Assembly: GCA_012295275.1 (NCBI GenBank) | Contig: CM022674.1 | Coordinates: forward strand, 15,438,001-15,502,000 | Reading direction: 5' to 3' | Origin: Chrysomallon squamiferum | Lineage: Eukaryota; Animalia; Mollusca | Length of the DNA: 64,000 nt | Shown: piece by piece, positions 39,335-53,245 of the stretch | Position numbering within the stretch: position 1 is the stretch's first letter | How the letters are laid out: each line of letters starts with the position of its first letter | Program-made: the position numbers and the translations under genes | Notes under the pieces: generated by a model | What the model was told of the DNA's origin: nothing | The model's input: only the letters and a program-made list of their open reading frames with translations | The model's database searches: none

Positions 39335-41361
39335 ATTAATATTATTCAGCATGTTCGTCTGGCGAAGCTGTTTGAAAGTCTGGTAGAAAAAAGATGATCG
39401 GTTTGAAATACTCAGAGAAGTTATGATGGGTCTCGTTTTGTTTCCTCCTTAAGGTCAGGATTAAATTATAATTAATGTTCGCTAGAATGAGATATTTATT
39501 TGTTTATTCATTTATTACCTGAAAGAAAATACAACATGTGTAATAATAATAAAAGCACTAATAAAATAATAATGGTAACAAATCAAAAAATAATAATAAA
39601 TGATAATGAGGAAAAGAAATATAAGTCAGAAAAAAATATTTATAAATTATTTAAAATAATCTGCAATTAACCAAAATAATATTTCTTTTCAAGAGGCCCA
39701 ACTCTTTAACTCAGAAGCTACTGCGCATGGTCAGAGATTCATGTACGCTATACATGGCACGAACACTAATCAACGTACAGTTTGTTATTCGGTTCGCCAT
39801 TTGCGCTGAAAGAGCCTGCGACAAAGATATCACCTATGCCTGGGACGTCATATTAGAGATGACGTCAGAGCTATTGTTACACCAACGCGACAGCAACAGA
39901 CAAGCTGAGAAGGAAGTTCTTGAAGAGAGTTTGAGTGATTCTGAAGACGAGGTTTTCCCCGAGTTCGATAATGAGATGACATTCGACAATCAGAGATGCA
40001 ATCTACAAAGAGCACGGCTGCGGAGAAATCTGTTTTTGAAGATGGTCTCCGATCCCAAATCGTATCAGCACCAGGTGTTCAAATCTCTCGATATTGATAA
40101 CATGAGGATCAGAAGTCAGTCAATAGGTGAGAGGGATTCCTTTGTAGTAATGGCTGCTGTTCGGTAAGCGTAGAATTTATTTACTATAAGTATTGAAATT
40201 AAAAAGGAAAATATAGATTTCAGACAGAAACTTATTTTATTTTTTAATCTGTACCCTTTCATTTTCCTTTATTTTAATTTGTTCTATTTATTTACTGTAA
40301 TTTGTATCTTTAAAAACAAGGAACTGTTTAATGTCTCGCTCAGGAAAAGAAAATTTTTAATCCATAAGTATTAACAGCGTTTTAATATAATCTTAAAAGT
40401 TAGTGAGAGACACTGAATGTGACTAAACTTCTGATTAGCAGCAAGAGTTTTATGTTCACCTTTCCATAGACAGAAAAGCACAAACCACAACCTTTTATAA
40501 ACACACTGATTAGTATTAATGCAGTCATCCAGCGAAACAGAACTGAAACTTACCTCATTTTTTTGGTTCATTTATTAAATATTGTTTTCTATAATTAATT
40601 ATTTGAACATAGTTAATTAAAAATTACATATTCCGATTTGGGATCGGAGACCATCTTCAAAAACAGATTTCTCCGCAGCCGTGCTCTTTGTAGATTGCAT
40701 CTCTGATTGTCGAATGTCATCTCATTATCGAACTCGGGGAAAACCTCGTCTTCAGAATCACTCAAACTCTCTTCAAGAACTTCCTTCTCAGCTTGTCTGT
40801 TGCTGTCGCGTTGGTATAACAATAGCTCTGACGTCATCTCTAATATGACGTCCCAGGCATAGGTGATATCTTTGTCGCAGGCTCTTTCAGCGCAAATGGC
40901 GAACCGAATAACAAACTGTACGTTGATTAGTGTTCGTGCCATGTATAGCGTACATGAATCTCTGACCATGCGCAGTAGCTTCTGAGTTAAAGAGTTGGGC
41001 CTCTTGAAAAGAAATATTATTTTGGTTAATTGCAGATTATTTTAAATAATTTATAAATATTTTTTTCTGACTTATATTTCTTTTCCTCATTATCATTTAT
41101 TATTATTTTTTGATTTGTTACCATTATTATTTTATTAGTGCTTTTATTATTATTACACATGTTGTATTTTCTTTCAGGTAATAAATGAATAAACAAATAA
41201 ATATCTCATTCTAGCGAACATTAATTATAATTTAATCCTGACCTTAAGGAGGAAACAAAACGAGACCCATCATAACTTCTCCGAGTATTTCAAACCGATC
41301 ATCTTTTTCTACCAGACTTTCAAACAGCTTCGCCAGACGAACATGCTGAATAATATTAATT
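39334..41361. repeat. Long inverted repeat: arms 39334-40062 and 40634-41361, 571-bp spacer
   Basis: The arms are reverse complements with only a few differences seen (A6/A5 run, CAC/TAC, AGA/GGA). The same ORF appears on both strands (39727+ and 40969-). Confidence 0.95.
39350..40163 (+). pseudogene. Tdc: Tyrosine decarboxylase-like (group II PLP decarboxylase) 3' exons, inverted copy
   Basis: Exon 39350-39453 HVRLAKLFESLVEK/DDRFEILREVMMGLV/CFLLK (two +1 frameshifts). Exon 39694-40163 RPNSLTQKLLRM...FVIRFAICAE..DITYAWDVI...RRNLFLKMVSDPKSY. The MVSDPK tail is typical of invertebrate Tdc. Confidence 0.8.
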
Positions 41362-42580
41362 TTAAAATATTTATTAAAATCGTGCGAAAATACATGTTTC
41401 AAGAAAGCAAAGAACCATTGCTAAGAAGGTAATCATTTTTTTCAAAGAAAACACATTGTCGGTGTCATACAATAATAATAATAATAATGATGATGATGAT
41501 GATGATGATGATAATAATAATAATAATAAAATGAAAAAATCATATAGACAGTTAAGTCATTTACACAGAGTAAACGTAGACTCTCAGCCAAACACGGACA
41601 CTGTGATGATTATTGCTGATATTGTGAAGATGATCAATGTGGGTCTTTAATTCATATTTTAAAGAAGACTTCACAAAAAAATAACACAGATAACAATACA
41701 TACAAATAAAAGCAAATAACTAAAACAACCTTGTGTTACTTGTAACTATATAATATACAGCACATTTACTTGTACATATTTAAATATTAATCGTATGTAT
41801 TTGTCAATAATTACTTTATGATCTCTTATTGAAATGGATCCTATATTTCCCATTTTATATAGTACTACATAATTTATAATAATAAACTTATGAAAAGTAC
41901 AAAAAGGAAAAATAGCCAAGTGGTAAGAATTATTTTATTTAAACTCATCTGAGGCTTTACTAAAGATTTAAAGACAAATTTGATATGATTTACCCCATTT
42001 GTAAGTTAATTTGTTTTGTTAATGATAATTTTTGTTATTATTTTTATCATGATTATCATCATTACTATTGTTAATGTTCTTGTTACTAACATTTATAAAG
42101 GCTATTCGTTTCATCAAGAACGAGAACTTTGCTTTTTCATCAAATCTGACTCTGAGACTTACCTCCCTTAAACGATGCTGAAGCCCTTTGACATCGAAGA
42201 TTCAATAAAGTTGAGAAAAATATAAAGAAAAAAAATAGGCAAGCGGTATGACCTGTTTATTAAAATAGTTTTATTTAAGATCAAAAGACAAATCTAATAT
42301 AATATACCCGATTTATAACTTAATTTGTTTTATTAATCATAATTTTTGTTATCATTGCTATTACTATTTCTATCATCATCACCATTATTTGTTAATGCTA
42401 TTGTTACTAACAATGATACACTCCGTTGTTTCCTTTAAGAACGAGAACTTTGCTATTTCTCCAAATATGACTGTGAGACTTACCTCCCTCATACGACGCT
42501 GAAGCCCTTCAACGCCGTATATTCGTAAAACGAACCAAAGTTTCAAAAATCGAAACCGCCTGCTAAGGTATTTCCCAGTG
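40634..42580 (-). pseudogene. Tdc: Tyrosine decarboxylase-like 3' exons, head-to-head with PARP copy D
   Basis: Exons 42580-42484 (HW../[28 protein letters not shown], donor gtaagt), 41345-41243 and 41002-40634 (truncated). A partial extra copy of the first exon lies at ~42160-42200. No 5' exons or PLP-lysine region seen. Confidence 0.82.
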
Positions 42581-42830
42581 CTCGCAAATGATCAAATTAT
42601 TAATTAATTAATTTAGCAAGAATATTTCAGAAATGCTGATTGTTTTATTGTTCTATTGACCTTACTGCCCTGAAAAGATCAGGTACTATGTTCATATAAA
42701 CAGTGAACGAATAACAAGAGTGGATGAAACGAAGAAGAAATAAATAAATCCACACGACTCCATAACATTTTAAAATTAATTAAATGTCAGGCATATTATT
42801 TATTAATTAGTGTTGCTGTCGTTGTTGTTG

Positions 42831-42900
<70 letters not shown>

Positions 42901-42973
42901 CGTCATTACTTATACATCTATATATAGATAGAGAGACAGACAGAGAGACAGAGAGACATACAGATATATAGAA

Positions 42974-43006
<33 letters not shown>

Positions 43007-43269
43007 TATAGATAGATAGATTGTTTTACTGTTCATTCATTAGTGATGCGTACTGATATTGTGTTTGGAGAAACAGCAAACAATTTAATTCAGCTGCGAG
43101 GACCTATATTTATTGATTTAATTTAAATCTGGAGCAAAAGCTAAGCCACGGACATAATGAGTAATAAAAATAGCATGCCGTGTGTCTACATATCTGACCT
43201 TCTTTTGTTCAACTGATAACAGGCCTGTTTCTTCAATGTCTTCCTTACGTCATTATATCAGAATTTCAG

Positions 43270-43275
<6 letters not shown>

Positions 43276-43345
<70 letters not shown>
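43276..43345. repeat. (TG)n microsatellite abutting putative exon 1 of copy D
   Basis: Pure TG run ending 6 nt before the ATG at 43352. Confidence 0.95.
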
Positions 43346-43346
<1 letters not shown>

Positions 43347-43477
43347 CTGCCATGGCCGGAAGTTCGGACCCGTTTGTCATGATTTGGAACCGAACGCGCA
43401 GACACCGGAAGAATGCGTTGCAAAAACAAAGAATGGTTGTCAACAACAAATATAAGTAGAAACTTCTAACAGATCAG
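43345..43477 (+). other. Putative exon 1 of PARP copy D with 35-codon uORF
   Basis: Homologous to 14140-14288. GCCATGG with ATG at 43352, stop at 43459, donor CAG|gtgaac, acceptor ending at 44119. Confidence 0.55.
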
Positions 43478-44620
43478 GTGAACTGATTTTCTGAAGATAT
43501 AAGTACGTCAGGACATTTATGTGTTTATTATGCGGACTGATCATATCACACGATAAAATCATGGTAAGAATAATCTGAAATCTCATATATTGTTATTACT
43601 GTTGTTGTTGTTGTTGTTGTTTAACTCCTCTCTACCTGAAGGATCTGGCCGCATATCGATCTCAGCAGGGGCATGGTGAAATCTGCCTACATTTATGTGA
43701 AACTTAATGCTGTTTAGAATGATTATATTGTTGTGCTTATTATTTTTCATCTTATATATATATACTTTGGTATCAATATGGATAGAGTACAGGAGACATG
43801 AGTACTGCTATCGTTATCGTGTTAAGTTGACCTGGCAGTACAGGTCCGAAGTCCATGTAAAGATAAACAATAAGAACGTAACGTGCAGTATTCTGTAAAC
43901 TCTAATAAGTAGGACTGCTATCGCACGTCTGAGCTATTATTGTATTTTTTCTTTAGTTATTTATACACACTTTATTAATTTATTTTTTCTTTATTATTAT
44001 TTTTTCTTTCTTTCTATTTTTTTTTTTTTTTTTTTTTTTTTTGTCTTTTTTAAGCACAAGGAATCTTATTAATTTTTAAATATCGATTGTATATTTTATA
44101 TTCATAATTTTATTTTCAGTGGATTTAATCATGTAGAAGAAACAACTGTAATGCTTAGCAGATAGAATTTTACAAACTGAACTCAAACTGACCTAAGTTT
44201 TTATAATTCACTGTTAAAGGTATTTTTTTGAAAACGAACCATATTTATATTTAATGATGAAAATGCCACAGCTGGTGAAGGTTTCAGAGAAAGTACTGAT
44301 TGAATGTTAAATATTATTTCAGAACTATGTTTTATTTTGATGAATTTGATGATACTAATGCCTTCGAAACAAGTTGATGACGTTACAAAAATGATTTTCC
44401 AGAACCTGACAAAGTGCGTAGATATTTAGAAGGACGTTCAGTGTCACAGACTACACTATTTTCTACAACATCCAAAGAAGCAGATGAAGAGAAAATTTTG
44501 AAAACATTCGAATATACAAAAAGCAGGGAATGTCAAGCTGCTAGGTGTAGAGAAAATGATGGTTTATGTAGAGGTAGAGGAAAAATAGGTGATTCTAATA
44601 AAGCAACACAAGAAACAGAT

Positions 44621-47515
44621 ATGGAGAAAAGAGGACAACGCGAAATGCTTAGCAGAGGTAATGTGACAGACAGTTTTCAGACTGACCAAAGGTTAAAACA
44701 AAGGACAGCTTCACAGACTAGTTTATTCTCGACAGCTACTGCAGAGTTTGGCAGTGATGATCATGACGGTTCAGAAGTTTATACACCCAAAAAATCCAAC
44801 AGCAGACGGCGACGTAGAAAAAATGTCAAACACCAACAACCAGAAAAAGTGGAAACAACACAGACAAAAGAAGAAATTATATTCAAAGATAACACAGATG
44901 TCAGCAGTAGACGTTTATCTGGAAGAACAAAATCACTATCAAGTCTCTGTTCTTGCTCCACTACTGGTGATTTGGATAACACAGAACATGATGATAGTGA
45001 GGACCAGGAGAAGGAAAATGAAATTATTTCCAAAGTGTTCAACATTCTTCTTGAAAAATATAATGGACGTGCAGAGTTCTCCAAACTAATGAAAGAAACC
45101 AGTCTTCCTGTAGAAGCTAAAAATGTTTCATGGTTTTATAAACATAAAAAACACTTTTTGCTTTTCACAAACGATAGCAAAATTAAATTTGTTTCTGTGT
45201 TTTCAAGATATGCCAGAATCTGTCATCCTTACAATACTTCTCAGTGTAGAAAAAAAGACTGCAGGTTTCTTCACATATGTACACAGTTTGTACTACGTCA
45301 GTGTAAACGCTCTTCTGGTCAGTGTCTTTCACATAATTTTTTTGAGACAAATAAGAATCGCATTGAGGAGATAGGTCTGGGATTTTTGAAAAATAAGGAC
45401 ATAGCCAAGGTTGTGAGATGCAGCACCCCTGAATGGTGTGAAGAATATCAGAATGGTGTCAAACATGATGAACACTGTCCACTAATTCATGTCTGTAGAA
45501 AAGAGGACTGCAATAAGATGTGTGGCTTGAAACATAACATCAGGTCATCTGAACACAACCAGTGGGTGCTTAGAATGTTTCATATGAATTATTATAGAGT
45601 TCATATGCTTGAACAAATGATTCTTTGCAAACTCAGTAAGAATCGTCAACAGAATGAACAAAGTCATTCAGATGAAAGCACAACGCCAAAGAACAACATC
45701 AACGGTAAAGAGAGGAAAACAGACATATATTCTGTGAACACAGGCCTGCAACTTTCAGACCAGAAACAGCTTGATACGAAAGAGAAAGCAGATCCAAGTC
45801 TAATTTCGCAGCAGAAACAACTTGATGTCAAAGTGAAAGCAGATCCACCTCAAATTTCACAACAGAAACAACTTGATGTTAAAGTGAAAGCAGATCCACC
45901 TCAAGTTTCACAACAGAAACAACTTGATGTGAATGACAGCTTTAAAAAAGTGAATTACAGCAATGAAATAGAAGGTCTGCTCTGTGAGAAATGTGTATGG
46001 AGTCAGTGTGTAATACATTCAAATACACACAAACAAAGATTCCTACCTTACCAGTGGCAGATGGAGATTTCTGACAAATGGGTGAACTTTGGCATAGTGG
46101 AGAATGAGATGATCGAGCAACGTTTTTGTAGTCTGAAATCAGATACAACTATAAAGGTGAGTGGAAAAACAACCAAAACTGAAATGTCATTTATATGTTA
46201 CAAAGTATAAGTTCTAAACACACTGACTTAACTAAATGTAGCTTTCTTGAATGTCCCAAGCTTTTCTCTTTGTAGAAACGTATGTATTAAAAATCATTTG
46301 AAAAATATTAGTTCATTAATCCATCTGACAAGATTTACTATTTTGTTTCATGTATACTCCTGTACTATTATATTTTTTACTACTGCATAACAATACGTAA
46401 GAATGTCATGCATGTTAATGCTATTGCATTTCTACCATTATATTATGTACAGCTAATAATACATATATACATATATACAAATACAAAAATACATACACAT
46501 ACTTTTTTCAGACCTCAGAGCATTTCACTGTTACAGTGGCCAGTAAGTTCATTCCAACTGTTATTGATTTTGACGTAATGACAGCTTCTGTTTCTGTGCA
46601 ACTGAGAAAAGTTGCAGTAAATGTTCAGCGTCTCTCAACAGCATCGTATGTCACTGGACAAGAAGACAACTTCACACAGCTCACACAGTGGTGTTGGTAT
46701 TTTGATGCAGGCCTCGGAAATTGGCTGCCTTATGAACCAGTGAATGTTCACTTTATTTTATTTTTTCCGTTCTGCTTTTCTATTTAAAACTACTCCAAAT
46801 AAAGAATCAAAAAGACTCCATAACATTTTATGTATGAAAGATGTATAATATTTAAAGAAATTATTTTTGTATGAGGATAAAATAAAGCGTTATAAAAAAG
46901 AAAGAAGGAATAAAATGGTTTAAATCTTCAACTGAATGCCTAAAACATTGTATTTCTAAGATATTATTAGTTATCAAATTAAAAAAAAATCTGTTCTAGG
47001 TTACCAAATATATACATATCATAGTATATCATATCACATCATATCACCTAACATTATATTAAATATGTCATACCCACATGATATATCATATAACACAAAC
47101 CAAAGTATTTCTTATAAAAGAGCAATTTTTTGGTTTGTTTTTTTGTTTATTGTAGAAAACTTTGCAGTATACCCTTGAACTGAAGTATTTGGGTGGGCAA
47201 CCATTTTATAACTTTGAAACAGAGGAATTTCAGTATGAAATAAATTTTAGCCAAATGACCCAAACAAATTTGAAAACATTAAAACAAAGACGACTGCTGA
47301 GGAGACCTGCTTTTGTTTCCAGTGATGATGTACAAAGACAAACAAAAGTGTAAGTAGAAAAATACTATACAAGAAAATTACGTTTCGATTAAATGTTTTG
47401 TACCTCCCGTTCTGTTATTTTAGATTTTCTTGTCTTATTTTATTTTTTTAAATCTTTTCTATCGTTGTCCTGTATCTTATTATCCAGCTATATGATTTTT
47501 TCGAAACTTTTTTTT

Positions 47516-47611
<96 letters not shown>

Positions 47612-47946
47612 TTTATTTATTTATTTTTATTATATAACAAAATCCAGATTTCACCCATGTCTTTTGTCCAAGAAGCCTGTACGTTCTGCCAGTCTCCCAG
47701 ACAACTGGTGGCCTTTAGACTGTTACCAGCCAGTAGAAATGGTAAAACTAAACCTTGATGACTTCATGGAAGATGATGAGGAGAAAGCTGTGATGAAATT
47801 ATTTTTCTCTACCATGAACAGATCGAAAATAATATTGAAGTCTTTGTTTCGCATCCAGAATCTACCAATGTGGGAAAAATACTGTAGGTAAGAAGCCACA
47901 AATAATGAAACTGTGCAAAACATTATCATAAATATATTCAAGATAT

Positions 47947-48017
<71 letters not shown>

Positions 48018-49115
48018 TTATTGTTGGTTTTGTTGTAATTTTGTCATCCAATCTTAATTAATAACAAGATTTAACATGAAAAAGAGTAAACTTGGTTAAG
48101 GAAATATTTGCCATCCATTTGCTAAAGACTGAAAATATTTAAGAATGTATTTGATAAACATTTTTACAGAAAAGTAATCAGAATTTACTGTGTTCAGTAA
48201 CGTAAGTTATTATCAAATAAATTGTGACAGAACATAAAAAAAATGTAGAATATTAAACCTAGGTGAGCAGTGAGCAATACTATTTTTAATTATAATAAAT
48301 CTTTACAGGCCATGTATACATATATAAATTTTTTCAGTATGAGAAAAGTAATGTTGATGAACAGGGATGAAGAAGGAGATATTAACGAAAGATTTCTATT
48401 TCATGGAACTAGTGACGACATTACTGTTATACGTGGAATCTGCCACAACAACATTGATTTCAGGCTGAACGGCAAAAATGGAACAGTTTACGGCAAAGGA
48501 GCTTATTTCGCCCGGGATGCCAAATACAGCCACTGCTACACCACAGGATCACATTGCTACATGTTCATTTCAAAGGTTCTTGTAGGCCAGTATGCTAAAG
48601 GTGAAAGTTCCTATTGCCGGCCTCCTCCTAGGAAAGGACATGTTCTTTATGATTCCTGTGTCGATGATGTAAATAATCCATCAATTTTTGTAATCTTTGA
48701 CACTTCACAGAGTTACCCAGTGTTTCTACTTGAATATTCTGTGAAGAGCACACTAGAACTGTCATCACCAAGCTCCTCAGTACCTGCTTTGCATGCCTCT
48801 ACTCCTACCAGTAACACTCAAATACCCACTTCATATAGGATTCCACCCCCCTCTCAACTCCCTCCTCCACTCCCCCCTAAATCATTTCAAATTTCTACTT
48901 CTACAGCAAATGCTTCCAACACTTCATTAAGATTTCTCAGTTCTACTTTTACAACAAATGCTTCCAACACTTCACAAATAAGCACTTTAAGTAAGCTAAT
49001 GCACCCCTCTCGAATCCCTCCTCCAGTCCCCCCAAAACCGTATCCCCGTTCTATTCTTACAGTAATTAATTCACCAAGTTCAACTTCCACAGTGACTGGT
49101 AACACATCACAATGA
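44621..49115 (+). CDS. PARP12: PARP12/ZAP-like zinc-finger WWE mono-ADP-ribosyltransferase, copy D (apparently intact, ~990 aa from first in-frame ATG)
   Basis: Frame is open from ~44390. Exons 44621-46156, 46512-46739, 47156-47349, 47648-47887 and 48338-49115 join in phase (0,0,2,2) with GT-AG ends. Four CCCH-like fingers, LPYQWQ/WCWYF tandem WWE, FLFHGT..GAYFARDAKYS..PSIFVIF (H-Y-I). The true start codon is uncertain and the symbol denotes family, not proven orthology. Confidence 0.85.
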
Positions 49116-50354
49116 CATTTTCAAACACATTTATATCTCTCAAGACTGTTTATTTTATTTTATTTTTGTTTTTTTTTTTTTGTTGTTGTTTTTGTTGTGG
49201 TTTTTTGTTGTTGTTTTAAATCGCTGTTTGATACTTTAATTTTATTTTTAATTAAACCTATTTTTCATTTCTTTTCTTTTTATGCAGTGTAAACGTTTAT
49301 TAATACTTTGTTCTCTAGGACAGAGCTATCTTAACACACATGTACAGTGGAAATTTGCCCAGCGGTCACACTGACATAGGAGCCCCATGATAAATTATGT
49401 ATATCGTGACTTACAACCCATAAATAAATACTATAATATACTATACTATAGGTACTTGTTACTGAAAAAATGCATATTTTAGCATATGTTTTACGAAAGA
49501 TAATGAATAATTTTAATGTTATTTTCTATGATAACAAGTGGACAATGTGTAGCTTGTAGCTTCAGTGCACTGCATGGGACATTTCAATTTATACTCACAA
49601 GTAGATGAGCTAACCCCTCACTTTACTGTAGACTGAGGTTTATATTACAGGGCAGTATAGGTCTATAGCGTAAATTACAGAGGCATGGTGGGTCTGTAGT
49701 TTAAGAAAAGGATTACATTTGAGAGTGTGTGGGTCAGTAGGATACATAAACAAAGGATTATACTAAACAGGCTATGATATAGTTGGACACATACATAAGT
49801 GTGTATTACAAGACTGTATGGGTCAGTAGGATACACAAATAATTATATTACATGGTGCATAGGTCAGTAGGATATAGTAAGGAGTACATTACAGTAGTGT
49901 ATGCATAAATTGGATATACAGTGGTGTATGGGTAAGTGGGATACAAAAGGATAACATCACAGAGTGTATGGGTAAGCGGAATACACAAATGATTATATTA
50001 CAGGGATGAAGATCTCAGGCGAATGCTCAAATAATAATAAACCGATGCACAGATCAGCTAAAATACATTTCGGAATGAGTCACATACGGTGTATACAAAA
50101 AATTGTGCTATAGGGGTATATGGGTAGTTTTGGATTACATTTTAAGGTGCATTCATTACGTAGCATTATAGTATGAGGATACTGTATAATTATAGAAGTT
50201 GAATGGATCATGTATAGTTATTTTTAATAGGGGTGTACTGATATGTAGAATTATATTATAGATGTCAGATAACTTGATGCATGGTATCAAAAGCAGTAAG
50301 AGGCTCTAGGTTCAATCCTTCTTAGAGTACCCTTTGCATTATTTATCTTCTTCG

Positions 50355-50410
<56 letters not shown>

Positions 50411-50577
50411 ACTGATAACTGAGAACCCTCTTTTTTTCTCTCAAACATTTATCTTATAGGGAACAGGACTGTTGATAAATTTACATTCACTGACTATTCT
50501 TCTTCTTATTATTTTTGTCGTCGTCGTTGTTTTTGTTGTTGCTGTTAGTAATAGAAGTAGTAGTATACTTATTATTA

Positions 50578-50674
<97 letters not shown>

Positions 50675-51314
50675 AAAGACAAAGTCATCTTACAACCACC
50701 GGTAATATTAATGACTGCAGTAATAAATAAATAAATAAATAAATGATTTTTTTATGTCGTATTTTCTTGATTACTCATAAACAATAAATAAAATTTACCA
50801 AATTGTTTTCTTTTTTTTTTTTTTTGTAACAGTAGTTTATTACACCACACTTGAACTATTTCGTGACGTTAACATTTTAGTTTTGTGCATTTTCCATACT
50901 TATAGAAAATAATATTTTAATAAATGAACCATAAAAGTGAGGTAAGCTTCACTTCGGTTTCACCGGATAACTGCATTAATAGTAAACAGTGTGTTTATAA
51001 AAGGATGTGGTATGTGATGTCCTGTCTATGGAAAGGTGCACATAAAACACTCTTGCTGCTAATTAACAGTTTAGTCACTTTAAGTCTTTCTCATGAACAT
51101 TAAGATTATACTAAAACGTTTTTAATACATTTGGATTTTTTTTTTTTCCTGATCGAGACATTAAATAGTTCTTTATTTTTAATAATAAACATTACAATAA
51201 GTAAATCGAATAAAATAACAACGTTCAGATAGTAAAATAACAAAATAAGTTTCTATCTGAAATCTATATTTTCCATCTTAATTCTACTTAATTCTACCCT
51301 AACTCTACGCTTAC

Positions 51315-52955
51315 CTACTCACTGACTTCTGATCCTCATGTTATCAATATCGAGAGATTTGAACACCTGGTGCTGATACGATTTGAGATCGGAGACCATC
51401 TTCAAAAACAGATTTCTCCGCAGCCGTGCTCTTTGTAGATTGCATCTCTGATTTCGAATATCATCTCATTATGGAACTCAAGGAAAACCTAGTCTTCAGA
51501 ATCACTCAAACTCTCTACAAGAACTTTCTTCTCAGCTTGTCGGTTGTTGTCGGGTCGGTGTAAAAAAATAGCTCTGACGTCATCTCCACTATGACGTCCC
51601 AAGATAGGTGATATTTTCGTCTTAGGCTCTTTCCGCGCATATGGCGAATTGAATAACGAAGTGTTCGTTGATTAAAGCTGGTACCATGTATGGCCTCCCA
51701 GAATCATTGATCATGCGCAATAGCTTCTGAGTTAGAGAGTTGGACCGTTGAAGAGAAATGTTATTTTGGGCAATTGCAGATTCTTCTAAATAATTTTTAT
51801 ATATGTATTTATTTTCAGATTATATTTGCTTTCGTCATTTTTCAATTTTATTCATTTATTTCCCTTACTGTTCTGGTACTGTTCATTTATTTATTTATTA
51901 TTTTCAATACTTTATATATATTTCTTTTTTTTCTTTATTCTTTTTTCATTATTATTATTTTGTTTATGTTTATATTTCCTTTACTCATTATTAATTTGTA
52001 TTTATTTATTTATTTACTATCCTAATTCTTTCATTAATGCTTTTGTTATTATTACATATGATATTTTTCTTTAAAATAATAGATGAATAAATAAATATAT
52101 CAAGCTAGTGAATATAAATTATAATTTAATCCTGTCCTTAAGACGGAAATAAACAATACTGATAATAATGAAATGAAAAAATCATATAGCCATGATAACT
52201 GGTTCATATACAATAATATGGGTTTTGTTTTTTTTTTGGGGGAGGGGGCAGGTATGGATGAACTTAGCCTGTCAGCCAAACATGGATCTCTTGTGATTAT
52301 TATTGATACTGTGACGATGGTCAATGTGGTCTTTTACCGGAATGTCCTGGTATTTTAAAGAAGTCGTCACAAAAAATAATACAGATAAAAATACAAATAA
52401 ATAAATGCAAATAACTGAAACTACCTTGTGTTACTTGTAAGTACATAATATACGACATTTACTTGTACATATTAAAATATAAATCATATGTATTCACCAA
52501 TAATTACGTAATACATTTGTTATTGAAGTGAAGCCTACGTTTCCCATTTGATATAGTACCACATAATTTTAAAAGGAAACAATACAACAACAACAAATTT
52601 AGACAGGAAAAACATCCAAGCGATATGGATTATTTTACTAAACTCTGTTCTGACTGTATTATAAATTTAAAGACAAATTTAATATAATTTATACCATTTA
52701 AAAGGTAATTTCTTGAATAAATCATAATTTATCTTATTATTTTCATCATCTTCATTATTATTTCTTAATGTTCTTGCTACTAACAATTATAATCTCGATT
52801 CGTTTCATCAAGAACGAGAAGTTTGCTATTTTACCGAACATGACTGCGAGACTTACCTCCCTTAGACAATGCCGAAGCCCTTCAACGCCGTGGGTTCGTA
52901 AAACGAACCAAAGTTTCAGAGATCGAAACCGCCTGCTTAAAGTTATTCCCCAGTG
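51315..52955 (-). pseudogene. Tdc: Tyrosine decarboxylase-like 3' exons, head-to-head with PARP copy E
   Basis: Exon 52955-52857 is 99 nt, [33 protein letters not shown] (acceptor mutated). The middle exon is reduced to a remnant at ~52137-52153. Exon 51746-51315 is homologous to 39694-40163, with indels. Confidence 0.82.
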
Positions 52956-53213
52956 CGATTAATTTAATAAGAATATGTCAGAAATATTCTTTGTTGTGGA
53001 TGAAAGAAAGGAGAAAGAAAGAAATCTAAACGACATTACAATATTCTAAAATTAATGAAATGTCAGACATATTATTCGATCTTAATTATTGTTATTGTCA
53101 CTGTTGTTATGGTTGTTGTTGTTGTTATTATTATTATTATTATAAAAGGTGACTGCCAGTCACATAACTGAGTAACGTATAGTCCTGATTTTATTTTAAC
53201 TTTTACTTCCTGA

Positions 53214-53245
<32 letters not shown>

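Noticed and set aside
39727-40167. Stand-alone 146-aa novel protein
   Set aside because: It is an internal exon of a decarboxylase bounded by splice sites, and the ATG is internal.
39334-41361. Foldback or MITE transposon with terminal inverted repeats
   Set aside because: Arms and spacer consist of host Tdc exons and introns. No transposase or target-site duplication is seen.
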